Positions 40,001 through 51,285 of a stretch of 64,000 nt of DNA are shown here, piece by piece. The translations under genes were made by a program, and so were the position numbers. This DNA comes from Lama glama (Eukaryota): contig CM052818.1 in the NCBI GenBank assembly GCA_028534125.1, positions 22,694,001 to 22,758,000 on the forward strand, written 5' to 3'. Numbering within the stretch: position 1 is the first letter of the stretch; the number at the start of each line of letters is the position of its first letter. The notes under the pieces are model-generated. The model was not told the DNA's origin and searched no databases. It was given only the letters and a program-made list of their open reading frames with translations.

Positions 40001-43000
40001 AATCAGCAACTGAAGATACTTCTTTCAGCTGGATTAAGAAAGCTCCTCATCTCGGAGATGAAGAGACAATGTAGAGGCAGCATCACATTGTTTAAACCAA
40101 GAAATGTTAACTATAAACTGCGGTTGCAGCCAGCCTTCTATGAAGCAATAAAAGTGATTATGGTGATGATAATGATTATACTCTGGAATCCTAACCTAAA
40201 AATTGTTTAAAAGGAAAAGAATGTGAAGCTTTCTCTGAAGCACCCTGCCACTAAGAGACTGCTTGGAGGCCAGAGCTGCTGCCGTTGCACCAGAAGAACA
40301 TGAAAAAGCAGAGCGACTCGGTTAAGGGAAAGCGCCAAGCGCCAAGCGCCAAGATGGGCTTTCTGCTGCCGCCCACAAGCAGAGGGACTCTGAGACGATG
40401 CAGCAGAAGCAGAAAAGGGCAAATGAGAAGAAGGAGGAACCCAAGTAGCTTTGTGGCTTCGTGTCCAACCCTCTTGCCCTTCGCCTGTGTGCCTGAAGCC
40501 AGTCACACCACACTAGCATTTCTCCTGTGGTGCTCATTCCCTTTGCCCTGAGGCCCTTTTGTGCTTCCTTCCCCTCAGGTAGCCTCTCTCCCCCTGGGTC
40601 ACTCCTGGGGGTGAGGGGGTTACCCCTTCCCAGTGTTTCTGATTCCTGTGGGGCTCACCATAAAGTATTAAAAGTAGCTTTGTAATTCCAAAAAAAAGAG
40701 AGAGACTGCTTGAATACTGTGCATCTGTATCTTTAAGACCTATCCTACTACTGATATTAAATTCAGGTTCTGTGAGAGTTCCTCTGGATTTTTAAAAAAA
40801 AGCATAGTCAAAGTTCAGCAACGAGGTAAACAGGCTCACCACTGATGTTCTGAGGAAAAGCCAGGTCTAATGACATGGATATAATGGCTTCTCTACCACC
40901 ACTCACTCACTCCTCATAGCAAGACTAGTCCAAAAACCCTTACTATGGAACAAATTGAGGCCAATAATCGAAGGGTACCTAAAGAAATGCTTTTAAGACA
41001 CAATGAAGCATAACTTCAAAGGCTGTAATCCAGACCCCAATGTTGGCAAGCAGGAAAAGATTGGCTCTGTTTAAATATGACTAACTAGCTGCACCAGAAG
41101 CTGGGAAGAGGCATTAATCATTACACATACAATGCTGTAATTAGCAGCTTTTAAAAGCCAAGCTTTGTGTGTGCAAGATGAGGAAAAACTGACATTTGAC
41201 CACACATCCCAAACCTCAGGCACCCAATCAAGCAGGCAGTTCCCATTCACTACGTATATTTTTCTAACACTGTAACATCATCTTTTAGTATAATAGCATA
41301 GTTTATATGCTTAACTCAGTTTTTAATCTAGTTCTGCTCGTTTGACTTAGAAAAGTTACGTGAAAAAATGAAAAATCAAAGAGCCTATCTATTCAATAGC
41401 TTCCTTTCTGTCTCTGATACCTTTTAACACTTAAGGCATGTATAGCATCATAATACTGTATATCTGCAGCCACGTGACCTGGGTCCAGTTTCTGAACCTA
41501 CCATTTAAAAGCTGTGAGACTGACAAATTACTTAACTTTTTTGTGCTTCAGTTTCCTCATCTGTAAAATGGGGATTATAAAAGAACCTAAAAGTTCAACA
41601 AATGTTAGAACTTTTAAAAAGCCAAGTTCAATAAATATGGACTCTATATAACTGAATATAGTATTTTATATATATGTATATGCATATCTATATGTGTATG
41701 TATAAAAATATGTGACAGGTCTAACAGCTGGCATAATAATAAATTTTACAGTGCTTCGTTGCATATGCAGCATGTAATCTATTATTAATGACCTAAGACA
41801 CTGTGCATGAAGTAGGCTGCCTCACCCTTTCCCCCCGAAAAATGTTCCAAAGGAATTCTCATGTTCAAGTCCTGTCTATCTCACAAACAAGAGATGAATC
41901 ACTAACTCTACCGAAAACTGTCCTGGTCCTATTCTTTCTCTTCCAGTGGAATCAGAAGGAAGAGCTGTCTCCCTGCCACTTTGAGAAGCTTGTCATACCC
42001 AGTTAGTTATTACAGCTCACAAACTACAAAGGCCCTAGGGAATGCCTCAGTTAGGTTTTCTATGTTCCATACATCACCAAGGAAATTCTGGGCACTTCAT
42101 AATGTTCCTGAGAATAAAAAGCCAGTATTCATCAAATTACCCCTCTTTGCTGCCAAAGAACAATGGGACTTCAGTAATTTTTTCCTGTTATAGCACAAAT
42201 AGATAGGGCATGACTTCAACATGAGCAGAATGTCAGGATCACTCCAACGTGCACTTGTTCTCCATCAGCATGAGTGAGGGCTGGTTAGCGCAGCTCCATG
42301 CTTTGGCCAGAGACTGCCCCTGATTCCATTCAGCTGTTTGGCTCTGCCTGCATCTCCCTCAGCTTGAAGAACAAAAAAACCAAAAGCCTCAAATGCCTGT
42401 ATCTCTTCCTCATAATTCAAAAGAATCGTCACCAGTTAAACTCCTTGCATTTACAAGCCAGGGACCTTGTCTCATTCATCAAGCCATTAGTAAGCTCCCT
42501 AACTGAGAATATACTCAGGAAATGTGTTTAACATGACTGAATCATCATGTATTCTATGTAATTTCTATGTTCAACATAAGAGGGTCTTGAAAATTACATT
42601 TTAATATACTCTCTCAGTCCGTATGGAAGATGAGAAATATATCACTAGTTTTACCATTCCAAGCAATCTGTTAAAAGAAACCAACATTACTTATAAACAG
42701 ATTCCAAGCTATCAGGAGGGTAAATTAAAAATATACTTGTGTGTTTTGAATACATCTTTAAAACCATTTGTCAGATTCTTCTGCTGGCAAGATTCTTATG
42801 ACTGGCCACATAACTTCTTGGGTTTAAAGTGAATCTTTATGTTCTAGCTTCTTCCAATTAAATAATAAATGCATATGGCTCTTCAATATTTATTAGTTAC
42901 ATACATCTTTAAGAAAATTACAGAATATGCTTTCATGTTTTATCTCTTTAAGCAAAAAGTAACTTCCTTTCCTACTTCTTGAAATAACCCCTATTTGTAG

Positions 43001-44454
43001 GGGAAGTGACTGTTTCCACATTACTTGGTCTGATTATTTTTCCCAGTAAAAGACCTAAGTCACACAGAATATACTAACTCTAGCCAATCTAAATACAGTG
43101 TCCCTTAAAAAACCTAAGTAAAGCAAGAATATGATGTTCACTACTGAGGGGGATCAAGTTATTTCTGAAAAGATTTGCAGGAAAAGGAATTCTGGTATCC
43201 TTGTCATACATTTCCTGCCTTAGAAAATAAAATCTCTGTGTCTACTTCCGAACCAAATCAGAGCTTTAGGAAGTCTCCAAACCGGTTCTGAGCCCAAAAT
43301 AGAGAGACTTATATCAACATTCAAAGCTAAAGAGAAGGGGCCAATTTGTTGAAATACACAGTTAATATGTTCAATTGAAAAAAGTTAATGTGTTTTGGCA
43401 GTATGCTTTGTTTCCGTATATAAAGTGTTTTTAAGACAATTATGAGTACTGAAGAACTGAATAAAAGCAGGAAAGATTGTGAACAAAAGTTGAAGGAACT
43501 TCTTTAACGTGAGGGAACAAAACACTGCATCCCCCACATCCATGACCCTGGACACATGCTGCTCCCTGCACAAACCCTTGCTCGCCTGTTCCCTTTACCT
43601 GAAACACGCCCCACAGTCTCTCGAAGGTTGAGTAAATGCCAACCCCTTCTGAAGTTTTCCTGACACCAAGTAAATGCCTGTCTTTTGAGTTCAAATATTT
43701 TGTCACACCTTCAAATAAGATGCACCTATTACAGACAGCACCGAGAAAGAGCTCACCTGGATATATACTTAAATCTTACTACCACCAGATCATAAAAGAC
43801 CATCCCATTCTCCTAAAACTACAAACCAGGAACTGGATTTCACTTCTACATCCCACCAATGCACAGAGCAGATGCAAGCTGAGTAATGAAGAATATTTTA
43901 AGTTTTCATCCCACAGGTCCCCCCAAAAAACAAATAAGTAAAAAGTCTTATATCCTATAAGGTCAAGAGACATCTGCCTGGGAACCCAATCTTGGGATCT
44001 AGTTCTTGGATCTTAATAACTATAAAACTTTTTAGGAATCTGAAGAGGACCAACATTTCCCAAAATGGAAGTATATTAGAAAAGTCTCTATTAAAACAAA
44101 GCTAACATGGTTACTTTACTACAGAACACTTGCAGGGCTTTAAAATGTTAATATACACTATGGATTTCCAAGATAAGATTACATAATAAAGCCTTTAGTG
44201 AACTCATTTGAGCAAGATTGTCAGGAGAGTTTGGAAAATGCTTCAAAAAGGTTGTTTTAGTTTTTTTTTTCCCTCAATTGTCACAATGTTACTGAGTACT
44301 TCAAATCAACTTCTAAAAAGTTCTTACCTGATATGTGTTGCAGGCAGAGATTCATACTGGCGTGACAAAAAGAGTTCCCTATGTTTCAGCTGATGCTTCT
44401 GTTTATCGGTCAAGTCAGCCTCAATTGTTGTTTCAGATTCTTCCTCAATTTCTT
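9883..44454 (-). CDS. MTA3: MTA3 partial CDS, join(complement 44328-44454, 24365-24428, 22061-22178, 12694-12796, 9883-9982); BAH C-terminus plus ELM2 domain; 5' and 3' exons outside the window
   Basis: Manual splicing gives one open frame: (K)[170 protein letters not shown]. This matches MTA3 as recalled, including residues that distinguish it from MTA1/MTA2 (e.g. [24 protein letters not shown]). All junctions are GT-AG and phase-compatible. Confidence 0.97.
10043..10091. repeat. (AC)24 microsatellite
   Basis: Perfect dinucleotide run read directly. Confidence 0.98.
10170..10308 (+). repeat. Copy 1 of a 139-bp dispersed direct duplication
   Basis: Matches 11867-12005 with 9 substitutions and no indels by manual alignment. 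Confidence 0.92.
11564..11738 (+). mobile_element. Short L1 3' end insertion
   Basis: tgtacagcacagggaa...tgctgtacacttgaaactaa, A-rich tail; TSD taatatt(t/c)tgccatgtttg at 11545-11563 and 11739-11757. Confidence 0.88.
11867..12005 (+). repeat. Copy 2 of the 139-bp dispersed direct duplication, inside an old antisense L1 remnant
   Basis: Matches 10170-10308; flanking sequence continues as L1ME-like antisense sequence. Confidence 0.92.
12694..12796 (-). CDS. MTA3: MTA3 coding exon (probably exon 7), 103 nt, phase 1 to 2; ELM2
   Basis: Acceptor tttcctttgttctcggacag|GA, donor ACG|gtgagt; encodes (G)[33 protein letters not shown](R). Confidence 0.98.
13393..13540 (+). mobile_element. Young L1 3' end inserted in an L2-like remnant
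   Basis: aatgaatatatgtatgttcatgtataac...cattgtaaaatgactata; perfect TSD aaagaagtgggtta at 13379-13392 and 13541-13554. Confidence 0.88.
15241..15630 (+). mobile_element. L1MA-type 3' end
   Basis: cagagtagaatggtggttaccaggg, aataagttctggagatcta, ttatatctcaataaa plus A tail. Confidence 0.85.
16800..17005 (-). mobile_element. MIR remnant
   Basis: tgtgctaaatgcttta...tcatttgatcatcacaactct...gaaatggga. Confidence 0.55.
18531..18566. repeat. 16-bp tandem duplication (tggatccatcacacga x2 + tgga)
   Basis: Read directly; lies in a degenerate L1 region (about 17880-18760). Confidence 0.9.
21259..21433 (+). mobile_element. Full-length tRNA-derived SINE (Vic-1-like) with extra 3' sequence
   Basis: gggagggtatagctcaaggggtagagcgcatgct (A box)...ggtcctgggtttaatccccagtacc (B box); perfect 16-nt TSD caaaaacaatacccta at 21243-21258 and 21434-21449. 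Confidence 0.92.
22061..22178 (-). CDS. MTA3: MTA3 coding exon (probably exon 6), 118 nt, phase 0 to 1; BAH/ELM2 boundary
   Basis: Acceptor ttttttccccag|GAT, donor AAG|gtatgt; encodes [39 protein letters not shown], with the ELM2 start motif EIRVGxxYQA. Confidence 0.98.
23659..23738 (-). mobile_element. Short Vic-1-like SINE with internal deletion
   Basis: T tail, ggtactggggattgaacccaggacc, ctctaccactgagctata; perfect TSD aacactgaaatattat at 23643-23658 and 23739-23754. Confidence 0.9.
24365..24428 (-). CDS. MTA3: MTA3 coding exon (probably exon 5), 64 nt, phase 2 to 0
   Basis: Acceptor tttttttctctttcaacag|G, donor GAG|gtaatt; encodes [21 protein letters not shown] (also visible inside ORF 24314..24559). 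Confidence 0.97.
27355..27812 (+). mobile_element. L1MA-type 3' end
   Basis: gaaatcttgccatttgtgacaacatggatggatctagagg...tatgctaagtgaaataagtca...cctgaaactaa plus A tail. Confidence 0.9.
27855..28192 (+). mobile_element. L1MB-type ORF2 end/3' UTR fragment
   Basis: aaaatcaaaactacagtgagata, gatgtggagaaactggaacc, gacccagcaattccactcctaag. Confidence 0.85.
28195..28520 (-). mobile_element. MLT2 (ERVL) LTR fragment
   Basis: Ends gaagttgacacataaaattaaccatcaca, the reverse complement of the MLT2 5' terminus TGTGATGGTTAATTTTATGTGTCAAC. Confidence 0.85.
28555..28900 (+). mobile_element. L1MC-type 3' end
   Basis: ctcttcaaaactgtcaagg...ctaaatgcaatg...ggtatatgggaactct...cccaaaataaag. Confidence 0.8.
28925..29054 (-). 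mobile_element. Vic-1-like SINE
   Basis: ggtactggggattgaacccaggacctcatg...ctaccacttgagctataccctcc. Confidence 0.9.
29881..30090 (+). mobile_element. MER20 (hAT-Charlie) non-autonomous DNA transposon
   Basis: cagg.ttttctcaaccttggcactactgac...gtgacaaccaaaa.tgtcca...gttgaggaccag; about 210 bp with imperfect terminal inverted repeats. Confidence 0.88.
30612..30758 (-). mobile_element. Vic-1-like SINE
   Basis: ggggggaggtaattaggtttatttattt...ggaggtactgggattgaacccagg...gctctaccact. Confidence 0.9.
33119..33238 (+). pseudogene. 5S rRNA retro-pseudogene, full length, followed by an A-rich tail to about 33294
   Basis: Colinear with 5S rRNA: ...tctgatcttggaagctaagcagggtc...tggataggagactgcctggaaatacc..gtgctgtaggcttt. 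CpGs are decayed, the copy is solitary, and an A/AGAC/AAAG tail follows. Confidence 0.92.
33815..35465 (+). mobile_element. Older L1 3' region (ORF2 end plus 3' UTR) interrupted by a younger L1
   Basis: aaatgcaaatcaaaaccacaatgag, gtggagaaaagggaaccct; resumes after 35000 with atgttcactgcagcattattt, gatgaatggataaagaagatgtgg. Confidence 0.9.
34238..34989 (+). mobile_element. Younger L1 3' end with a purine-rich (GAAA/GGAA) tail
   Basis: gatccagcaatccc...gtatagcacagggaactatattcaatatcttg; TSD aaaaagatata at 34227-34237 and 34990-35000. Confidence 0.88.
36587..37745. mobile_element. hAT-Charlie1-like DNA transposon remnant splitting an antisense L1 fragment (about 36340-36585 and 37750-38050)
   Basis: Starts caatggttcttaaa, contains ttatatctatcaatatttaccatgttagaaattaaaactga, ends ctttgaaaact; related sequence at 51560-51870. 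Confidence 0.7.
37102..37232. repeat. Imperfect ~65-bp tandem duplication
   Basis: acacag(c/a)acattaaaaagatg..taatct..ccccagttcta(c/t)tgatataattgacat occurs twice head to tail. Confidence 0.85.
40266..40700 (+). pseudogene. SERF2: SERF2 processed pseudogene (retrocopy), antisense within an MTA3 intron
   Basis: Encodes [15 protein letters not shown], then after a frameshift [31 protein letters not shown] (TAG 40446-40448), recognisable as SERF2. Intronless, with 3' UTR, ATTAAA at 40667-40672, A tail, and TSD AGAGACTGCTTG at 40254-40265 and 40701-40712. Native N-terminal codons are missing. Confidence 0.93.
41475..41600 (+). mobile_element. MIR
   Basis: gacaaattacttaac...tcagtttcctcatctgtaaaatgggattata. 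Confidence 0.8.
44328..44454 (-). CDS. MTA3: MTA3 coding exon (probably exon 4), 127 nt, phase 1 to 2
   Basis: Acceptor ttttgtag|AAGAAATT, donor CAG|gtaaga; encodes [41 protein letters not shown](R). Exon number is from recalled human structure. Confidence 0.97.
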
Positions 44455-45630
44455 CTACAAAAATAAAATTCAAAAAATTCATTACTACAAAGCACACTAT
44501 CCATTTGGTTATTAAGACAGATCAAATCAGCCTTTATTCACTATTTTCTTCAAACTAATTGATTTTAAATTTATATATTTAACTTGCTACTCGAATTACA
44601 ACCATAAAATTAAGTTACCAGACCTCAAAGGAAGAGGAAGAACTCCAATTTTAAAATGGCAGATGGAACATATGCATATATTTCCTCTTCCCCATGAAAC
44701 CACACCAAAATAGCAACTAAAATGTATTAACATTTCAATGACAATGAAAAATGAAGCAACAATGGAAGAAAGATTTATTTTTTTAAGTTTTAGATTAAAA
44801 AAAGTTTTAGAAGATGGAAAGCAGACATAAAAAAAAAAAGGTACACACTTAGTGAGGAGAAGGAAGTGACAATCTATGTGCATACAGAGAGGGATGCCAT
44901 GGGGCATGCAGGCACAGGGGGGTGCACTGACTTAGCCCTTGAAGATGCCAAGTACCCTGGAAAGAAGAGTGGGGTGAGAGCTAAAAAAGAGAAGGAAAGG
45001 GCTGAAAGTCTATCTACAACACAATCACTGAATCCCTGAATACTCCATTTAGGAAGAGTATAATCAGAAAACAAGAAACAGGTTAACACATTTCAAAATT
45101 AGTAACACAAATAAAAAAGTAATAGGAAAATAAGATAATATTACCAAAATCTCCCAAGAATAATAATAATAAAAGGGATAACTTGAAAACCTAAAGACTG
45201 AAAACAGAACAATGAATGAGGTCCAACAACCCACTAATAGAAGTCTCAGAAAGAAAAAATAGAGAAAACAGATTCTTTCACTTCTTTTTGGGGGGGAAAG
45301 GGATGAGGGAGGACCTATCAAAGAAATGATTCAAGAAAATTTCCCCTTACTGAACAAGATGAGTGTCCAGATTGAATTCCCAACATACTTAATTTTTTTG
45401 TTTAAGTAGTAACATGGGAAGATCCCAAACATTCACAGGAAGGAAGTATCGGCACGAGCAAAGAAACCAGAATTAGAGTGGAACCACAGAAGAATAGCAA
45501 CACTATGTGCTAAGATGGCAGAGCAATGCCATCCAAGATAAAAAGTGATAGTCAACCTAGAACTGCATATTAAGCTATCACATCTGAAAACAGAGTAAGG
45601 GCAACCTTCTATTCATTCAATCAAGATTTA

Positions 45631-46607
45631 CAGTCCACCCTTGAACAATGTGAGTTTTAACTGCACAAGTCACTTACATGTGAATTTTTTTCAATATTGT
45701 ATTTACAGTACACTGGAAAAATTTTTGGAGATTTGCAACAATTTGAAAAAGGTCAGATAAACCACATAGATCAGAAATATGGAAAAAATTAAGAAAAAGG
45801 TATGTCATGAATTCATAAAATAAATGTAGATAATAGTCTATCCTTACAGAGGCATAGAGTGATATTTTATATAAACACTGTGTTAGTTTTCTAATTGCCC
45901 TATAACTTTCAAAGAGTTACATTACCATACATTATATTGTGCCTCACTCTCCCTCCCTCTCATAATTGGAAAAACTGCTTTATCAGCCTGCTGGGTTTTT
46001 TTTTTAATGTAAAAATGTTTCCAATAGTGTACTATTTATATGACTGTAATATTATTTATGTGCTATAAAAATTTTTAAATGATTTATTAATTATCATATA
46101 GGCTAAGCTATTGTGAAACAATGGTATTTTTACACTAGGCTACCATAATCATATTGCTACCTCTCCATCATTAATGCATAGATCATTATACCTGTAAATA
46201 AATATGAATTTTTCACCTTTTTTTTCATTTTTGATGGCTAGTGTTAGTAATATAGATAACACCTACAATGTTTTGTATTGTATAAGACAATACTGACATA
46301 GGTATTGTCAGACAATTCATAATCAGACAACATAAACTTATGTATCAATAAATACAGCATTGTACTATAAATGTATTTTCTCTTCCTTATGATTTTCTTA
46401 ATATTTTCTTTTCTCTAGTTACTTTAAGAATACAGTACATAATCCACATAACATACAAAATATGTGTTAATCAACTGTTTATGTTAAGATTTCTGGTCAA
46501 CAGTAGGCTACTGGTTAAGCTTGGCTGGGGGAAGTCAAGTTATACACAGAATTTCAGCTGTGCAGGGAATCAGCACCCTAACCTCTGCAGTGTTGAAGAG
46601 TCAACTG
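45631..46607. mobile_element. Tigger2-family (TcMar) non-autonomous DNA transposon
   Basis: Terminal inverted repeats cagtccacccttgaaca / tgttgaagagtcaactg flanked by TA on both sides (45629-45630, 46608-46609). Confidence 0.85.
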
Positions 46608-48084
46608 TATTATTAGGCACCAGAACAGGCGCTATCAAGGTGCTGGAGATGATCAGTGAGCAAAAAAGTTACTAATAAGAAGAAAATTCAAAGTGTTTGC
46701 CTTTGGGAAGCAGAGTTGGAAGAAACGGACAGGAAAGAGAGAAAGTTTTACCTGAGATTTTTTTTTTAACCCTGCATTTAATACTCTTTTTAAAGGAAAA
46801 AAACAAAAACCAAAAAACCGCAGATGTCATTTACAGATATAATTCCAAATAATTTATAAAATTTTTAAAAATATAAAACCTGTAGAGGCTCACAGATCCT
46901 CTGCAGCCTTACCTGGACCAGAGCGGGTAGCTATGGGAATAGCAGGAGCACTGACAACTCAGTCCAGGAGTGGGCAGCTGGCTTTTCACACAGGAAGTAA
47001 AGCCCCAGGTTAGGCCTCAGAGGCCGTAACTTTTGGACACTAACTGGCAACACACACACAGCACATTTCTGTTCCTCACTATTCTTTCAATTTTCTTACA
47101 TATGGACCCAGGACCACAAAAGAAGTTTTATCATACAGGAGCCCCTCGCTGTAGTTCCTCTGGATCGTGTGAGGGCAATGAATGGGCTAGGTGTCAGGTC
47201 TTCTCTACTTTCAAACTTTTAAAACTCTGAATTGAAAATGAACCTGTAAAACTTAGAAACTGATTTAGAAAAAGACACACCAAGCTCAAAAACAGAATAA
47301 TGTGATTTAAAATTCTCTGAATGTTCTTTATAATGAACTACTCAAAGGGAAGCACAGCGCTACCAGAGCCATTTACTTGCAAGTCTAATAACATTTTACC
47401 AGCGGAGACCAATGACGTTATTGCTGCACTGGCACTATTAAAACCAGCAAATACCACATACAAAATTATACTCTTTACCTAATTAGGATTTGATAAATTG
47501 CTGTTCCGTAAAATGCAACTAACTGAACTCTAATGTGTACCCTATAGGGCTAAAGCAGCAACAAGCTCTACAAATAATGGTAATGGCAGCCAATCTTGAC
47601 TAAAATCTCTGAAGTTTAACCTAACCAAACACAGAAATCACCAGAAGAGCATCTGAAACTTTTAAGTTAAATTTCATTTATATACTTGTATACACTTATA
47701 TTGGCTTCTGAATAGGAATGACTCCCATGCCATTAACATCCTAAACACATAAAATAACCATAATGACAAAAACTGGCATTTAGAAAATAAAAAAATTTAA
47801 AAGATCAAATATAGCTATTATCATCAAAAATCATGTCCATGGTAATATATTTATATTATAATGTTTTAAACCATTTTACAAAGCTTGATGAAACATTAAA
47901 TTTGCCACCTTCTAAAAGTTATTAAAGTAGAAGTCCCATACAAACATCACAATGATAGAAAGACTGATACCAAATTATTTACTGCACTTTCTTTACAGGT
48001 GGCAAAGCTTCAGAAAACACAGTTTATTAGCAGTAAGGCATGGGGGGCATGGATGGGAGCAAGAATACAGAAGGAAACTATACT

Positions 48085-49590
48085 GAGGGAATGTATGAAG
48101 ATCTAAATAAATGGAAAAACTATGTTCACCGATTGGAAGATTTAATATTGTTAAGATGGCAATACTCCTTCTTATCTACAGATTCAATGCAACCTCTACC
48201 AAAATTCCAATTACCTTTTTTGTAAAACTTGGCAAGCTAATCCTAAAATTTGTATGGACATGTAAGCTACCTAGAATAGCCCAAATAATTTTGAAGAAGA
48301 AAAAATTTAACAGGACTCATACTTCCAGATTTCAAAGCTTACTTCAAAGCTACAACAACCAAGACTACATGGTATTGAAATAAGGATAGGCACAAATTAA
48401 ATACAATATAACTGAGAGTCCAGAAATAAGCCCATAAATTTCTAGTTAAATGATTTTGGAAAAGTGTGCCAAGACAACTCACTGGGGAAATGAATAAAAA
48501 TGGTGCTAAATAAATCTTCATGATCTTGGGATAGGCAAGTTTCTTCACTATGGCACCCGAAATAAATCATAAGCAACCAAAGAAAAAACAGATAAACTGG
48601 AATTAACATTAAAATGTTTGTCCTTAAAAGGATACTCTAAAAAAGGAGACAACCCACAGAACTGGAAAAAATATTTGCAAATCATGTATCTCATAAGGAT
48701 CTAGTATCCAGGATATATAAAGAACTCTTATAATTCAACAATAAAAGGAAAACCCAATTAAATAATGGGCAATGGATTTGAATAGACATTTCTCCAGAAG
48801 ATGCACGAAGAGCCAGTAAGTATATGAAAAGATGTTTGACATCATTAGTCACTAGGGAAATGCAAATCAAAACTACAATGAGATTATTTCCTATAGACTA
48901 GAATGACTATAATCAAAAAGATAGTAAGCAAAAATGTGGAGAAATTGTAATCTTTGTACATTATTGATGGGAATATCAAATGGTGCAGCTGCATTGTAAA
49001 ACAGCCCAACAGTTCCTCAAATTGCTAAAAAGAGTTACCATATAACCATGTGATTACATTCCTAGGTCAAGAGAACTGGAAATATGTCAACATGAAAACC
49101 TGAACATGAATGTTTATAGTAGCATTACTCATAACTGCCAAAAAATGGAAACAACCCAAATGTCTGATAAATGGATAAACGAAGGTATATCCATACAATG
49201 GGGTATTTATCATTCAGCCATAAAGAGGAAGTAAATGCTGATTCATGCTACAACATGGATGAACCTTGAGACATTATACTAAATGGAACATTACAAAAGT
49301 GACAAACACAAAAGGCCACATATTATATGATTCCATTTATCTGAAAAATCCAGAATAGGCAAATCCAGAGAGACAGGAAGTAGACCAGTGGCTGCCAGAG
49401 GATAAGTGAACGGGGAAATAGACAAGAGTGACTGCTAATAGATGCAGGGTTTCTTCTTGGAGTGATAAAAATGTCCTGGAATTAAATGATAGTTACAGTT
49501 GCATAAATTTGTAAATATACTAAAAACCACTAAATTATATACCTTTTAAAGTGGTAGATTATATATGGTATGTAAATTATATCAAAAAGA
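48085..49590 (+). mobile_element. L1MB-type 3' portion (decayed ORF2 plus 3' UTR)
   Basis: ORF 48111..48383 is L1 ORF2-like ([23 protein letters not shown]); classical 3' UTR follows; frameshifted and internally deleted. Confidence 0.92.
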
Positions 49591-49598
49591 GAACAAGT

Positions 49599-49731
49599 AG
49601 GGAGGGGGGTATACCTCAGTGGTTAGAGTGCATGCCTAGCATGCACAAGGTCCTGGGTTCAATTCTCAGCACCTCTGCTTAAAAAAAAAAGAATAATAAA
49701 TAAACCTAAATTACCTCCCCCATAAAAAAAA
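49599..49731 (+). mobile_element. Vic-1-like SINE inserted at the L1 tail
   Basis: gggtatacctcagtggttagagtgcatgcctagcatgcacaaggtcctgggttcaatt; TSD aaaaagagaacaagt at 49584-49598 and 49732-49746. Confidence 0.92.
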
Positions 49732-51059
49732 AAAAAGAGAACAAGTTAAACCTGAGGGGGGTTGCAAATTAACTGCAAAAGGTCAAAAGAAGAATGGATA
49801 AATTACACTATAGTCATGTAGTGGAATTCTATTCTGAACCTAAAAATAATGAATCCACATACTAACATGGATAAATCTCAGAAACTTGATACTGGGCAAG
49901 AAAGCAATCTGCAGAAGGACACATATGTAAAATACCACTTTTAAAAATGCAAAAACAATGCTCTAGATAAATACATACATATGTAGCTCAAGTATAAATC
50001 CAAGAATGGAAAAAGACACACTGAAGTTGACACAGCAATTCCCCTGTGGGGAAACCAGGAAGGCAGTGGGGTTGGGAAGTGTACACTGCACTACAAGAAT
50101 CTGAAGCAAATACGTATGTCATAATAAGGGAAGACAAAGTTGGCTGGCAGGTTCATAATTAACAAATTAGTCTCTCTTTTCTGCTTCCTAAAAATACTTC
50201 AAAATAAAAAGTGAACAGGACTCAAGAGAAGGAAAACACTTCTTTGTTCTGTAACGAAACTCTACTCCATGTTAAATTGTTTTTTTCTTAATGTGATAAC
50301 CACCATAGGTGTTAATCATTTCTTTACCTCTATCTTCCTTCTCCCCATCTCTTTGTATCATCTTGCCAAAATATAAATTTCAACTGGCATTTTGTATAAC
50401 ATTAATTTCTGAAATATACAGATATACATAATTATAAATATACAAATAAATTTTGGGTTTGAAGATTTAAAAAGGAGGGGAACAAAGTAGAAAAGTGGCC
50501 CATCTTGGGAAACCAAAAACAGGAAAGAACTAGGAGATGAATGCTTCTATATAGAAATGTATGAGATAAACAGTGAGAATACGGGAGTGGAAGAAATGTT
50601 AACGGAAGTGAGATCACATGTAAAGTTGAAAGGAGTCTCTGAGACTTTGGTGTCTGATCCATGAGACTTTTGCCAACCTCAGGTGGAGGAGTCACCTCTT
50701 TGCTACAAAGCAGCAGCCGCAAAAGCTTAAGGTACTTGTCATAGTATGCTGCACACTACAATCATTTGATTCACAGAGTCCCTTAAGAACAAAGACAGGT
50801 GTTTTATCTTTGTATCAGTGCTGTTTTCCTCATGAAGTAAGAGAAGATGGAAACTCAAGAAATGTTCACAATAGACTAGGTAAGAATTATCAGTAACACT
50901 CAAGTCACCTGCTGCAAGGGTAGATTCATAAAGTTACAACATAAAACACTACACAGAGTAATCATCAAAAGATCACTGTTCGAGGGCTCTACCTGTCACA
51001 CCTCATTCCGGAGCTTTCCACTACTCGCCTTTCCAGATCTAACACAGAGCGGATCTAAC

Positions 51060-51285
51060 ACTAAGCTTCAGAGTCACACCTAAATTCAAAACTAAGTTCC
51101 ACCCGTTTCCCAATTGTGTGACATTAGACAAATTATTTACTCTCTGTAATCCTCAGTTTTGTCATCTGTAAAATGTGGACATAATGTCTCCTTTATAAGG
51201 TTATTGTGAGGATTAAGAAAATGCACATAATGTGATTAGCACAGTGCCTAACAATGCTAAATTTTAAAAAGCTGCTATTACTATT
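51060..51285 (+). mobile_element. MIR
   Basis: cctcagttttgtcatctgtaaaatg...ggttattgtgaggattaa...ttagcacagtgcct. Confidence 0.8.

Noticed and set aside
46913..47243. Cryptic exon ending at CAG|gtaagg (46912-46911)
   Set aside because: Nearest plausible acceptors give an exon over 300 nt with no recognisable coding; no support from sequence alone.
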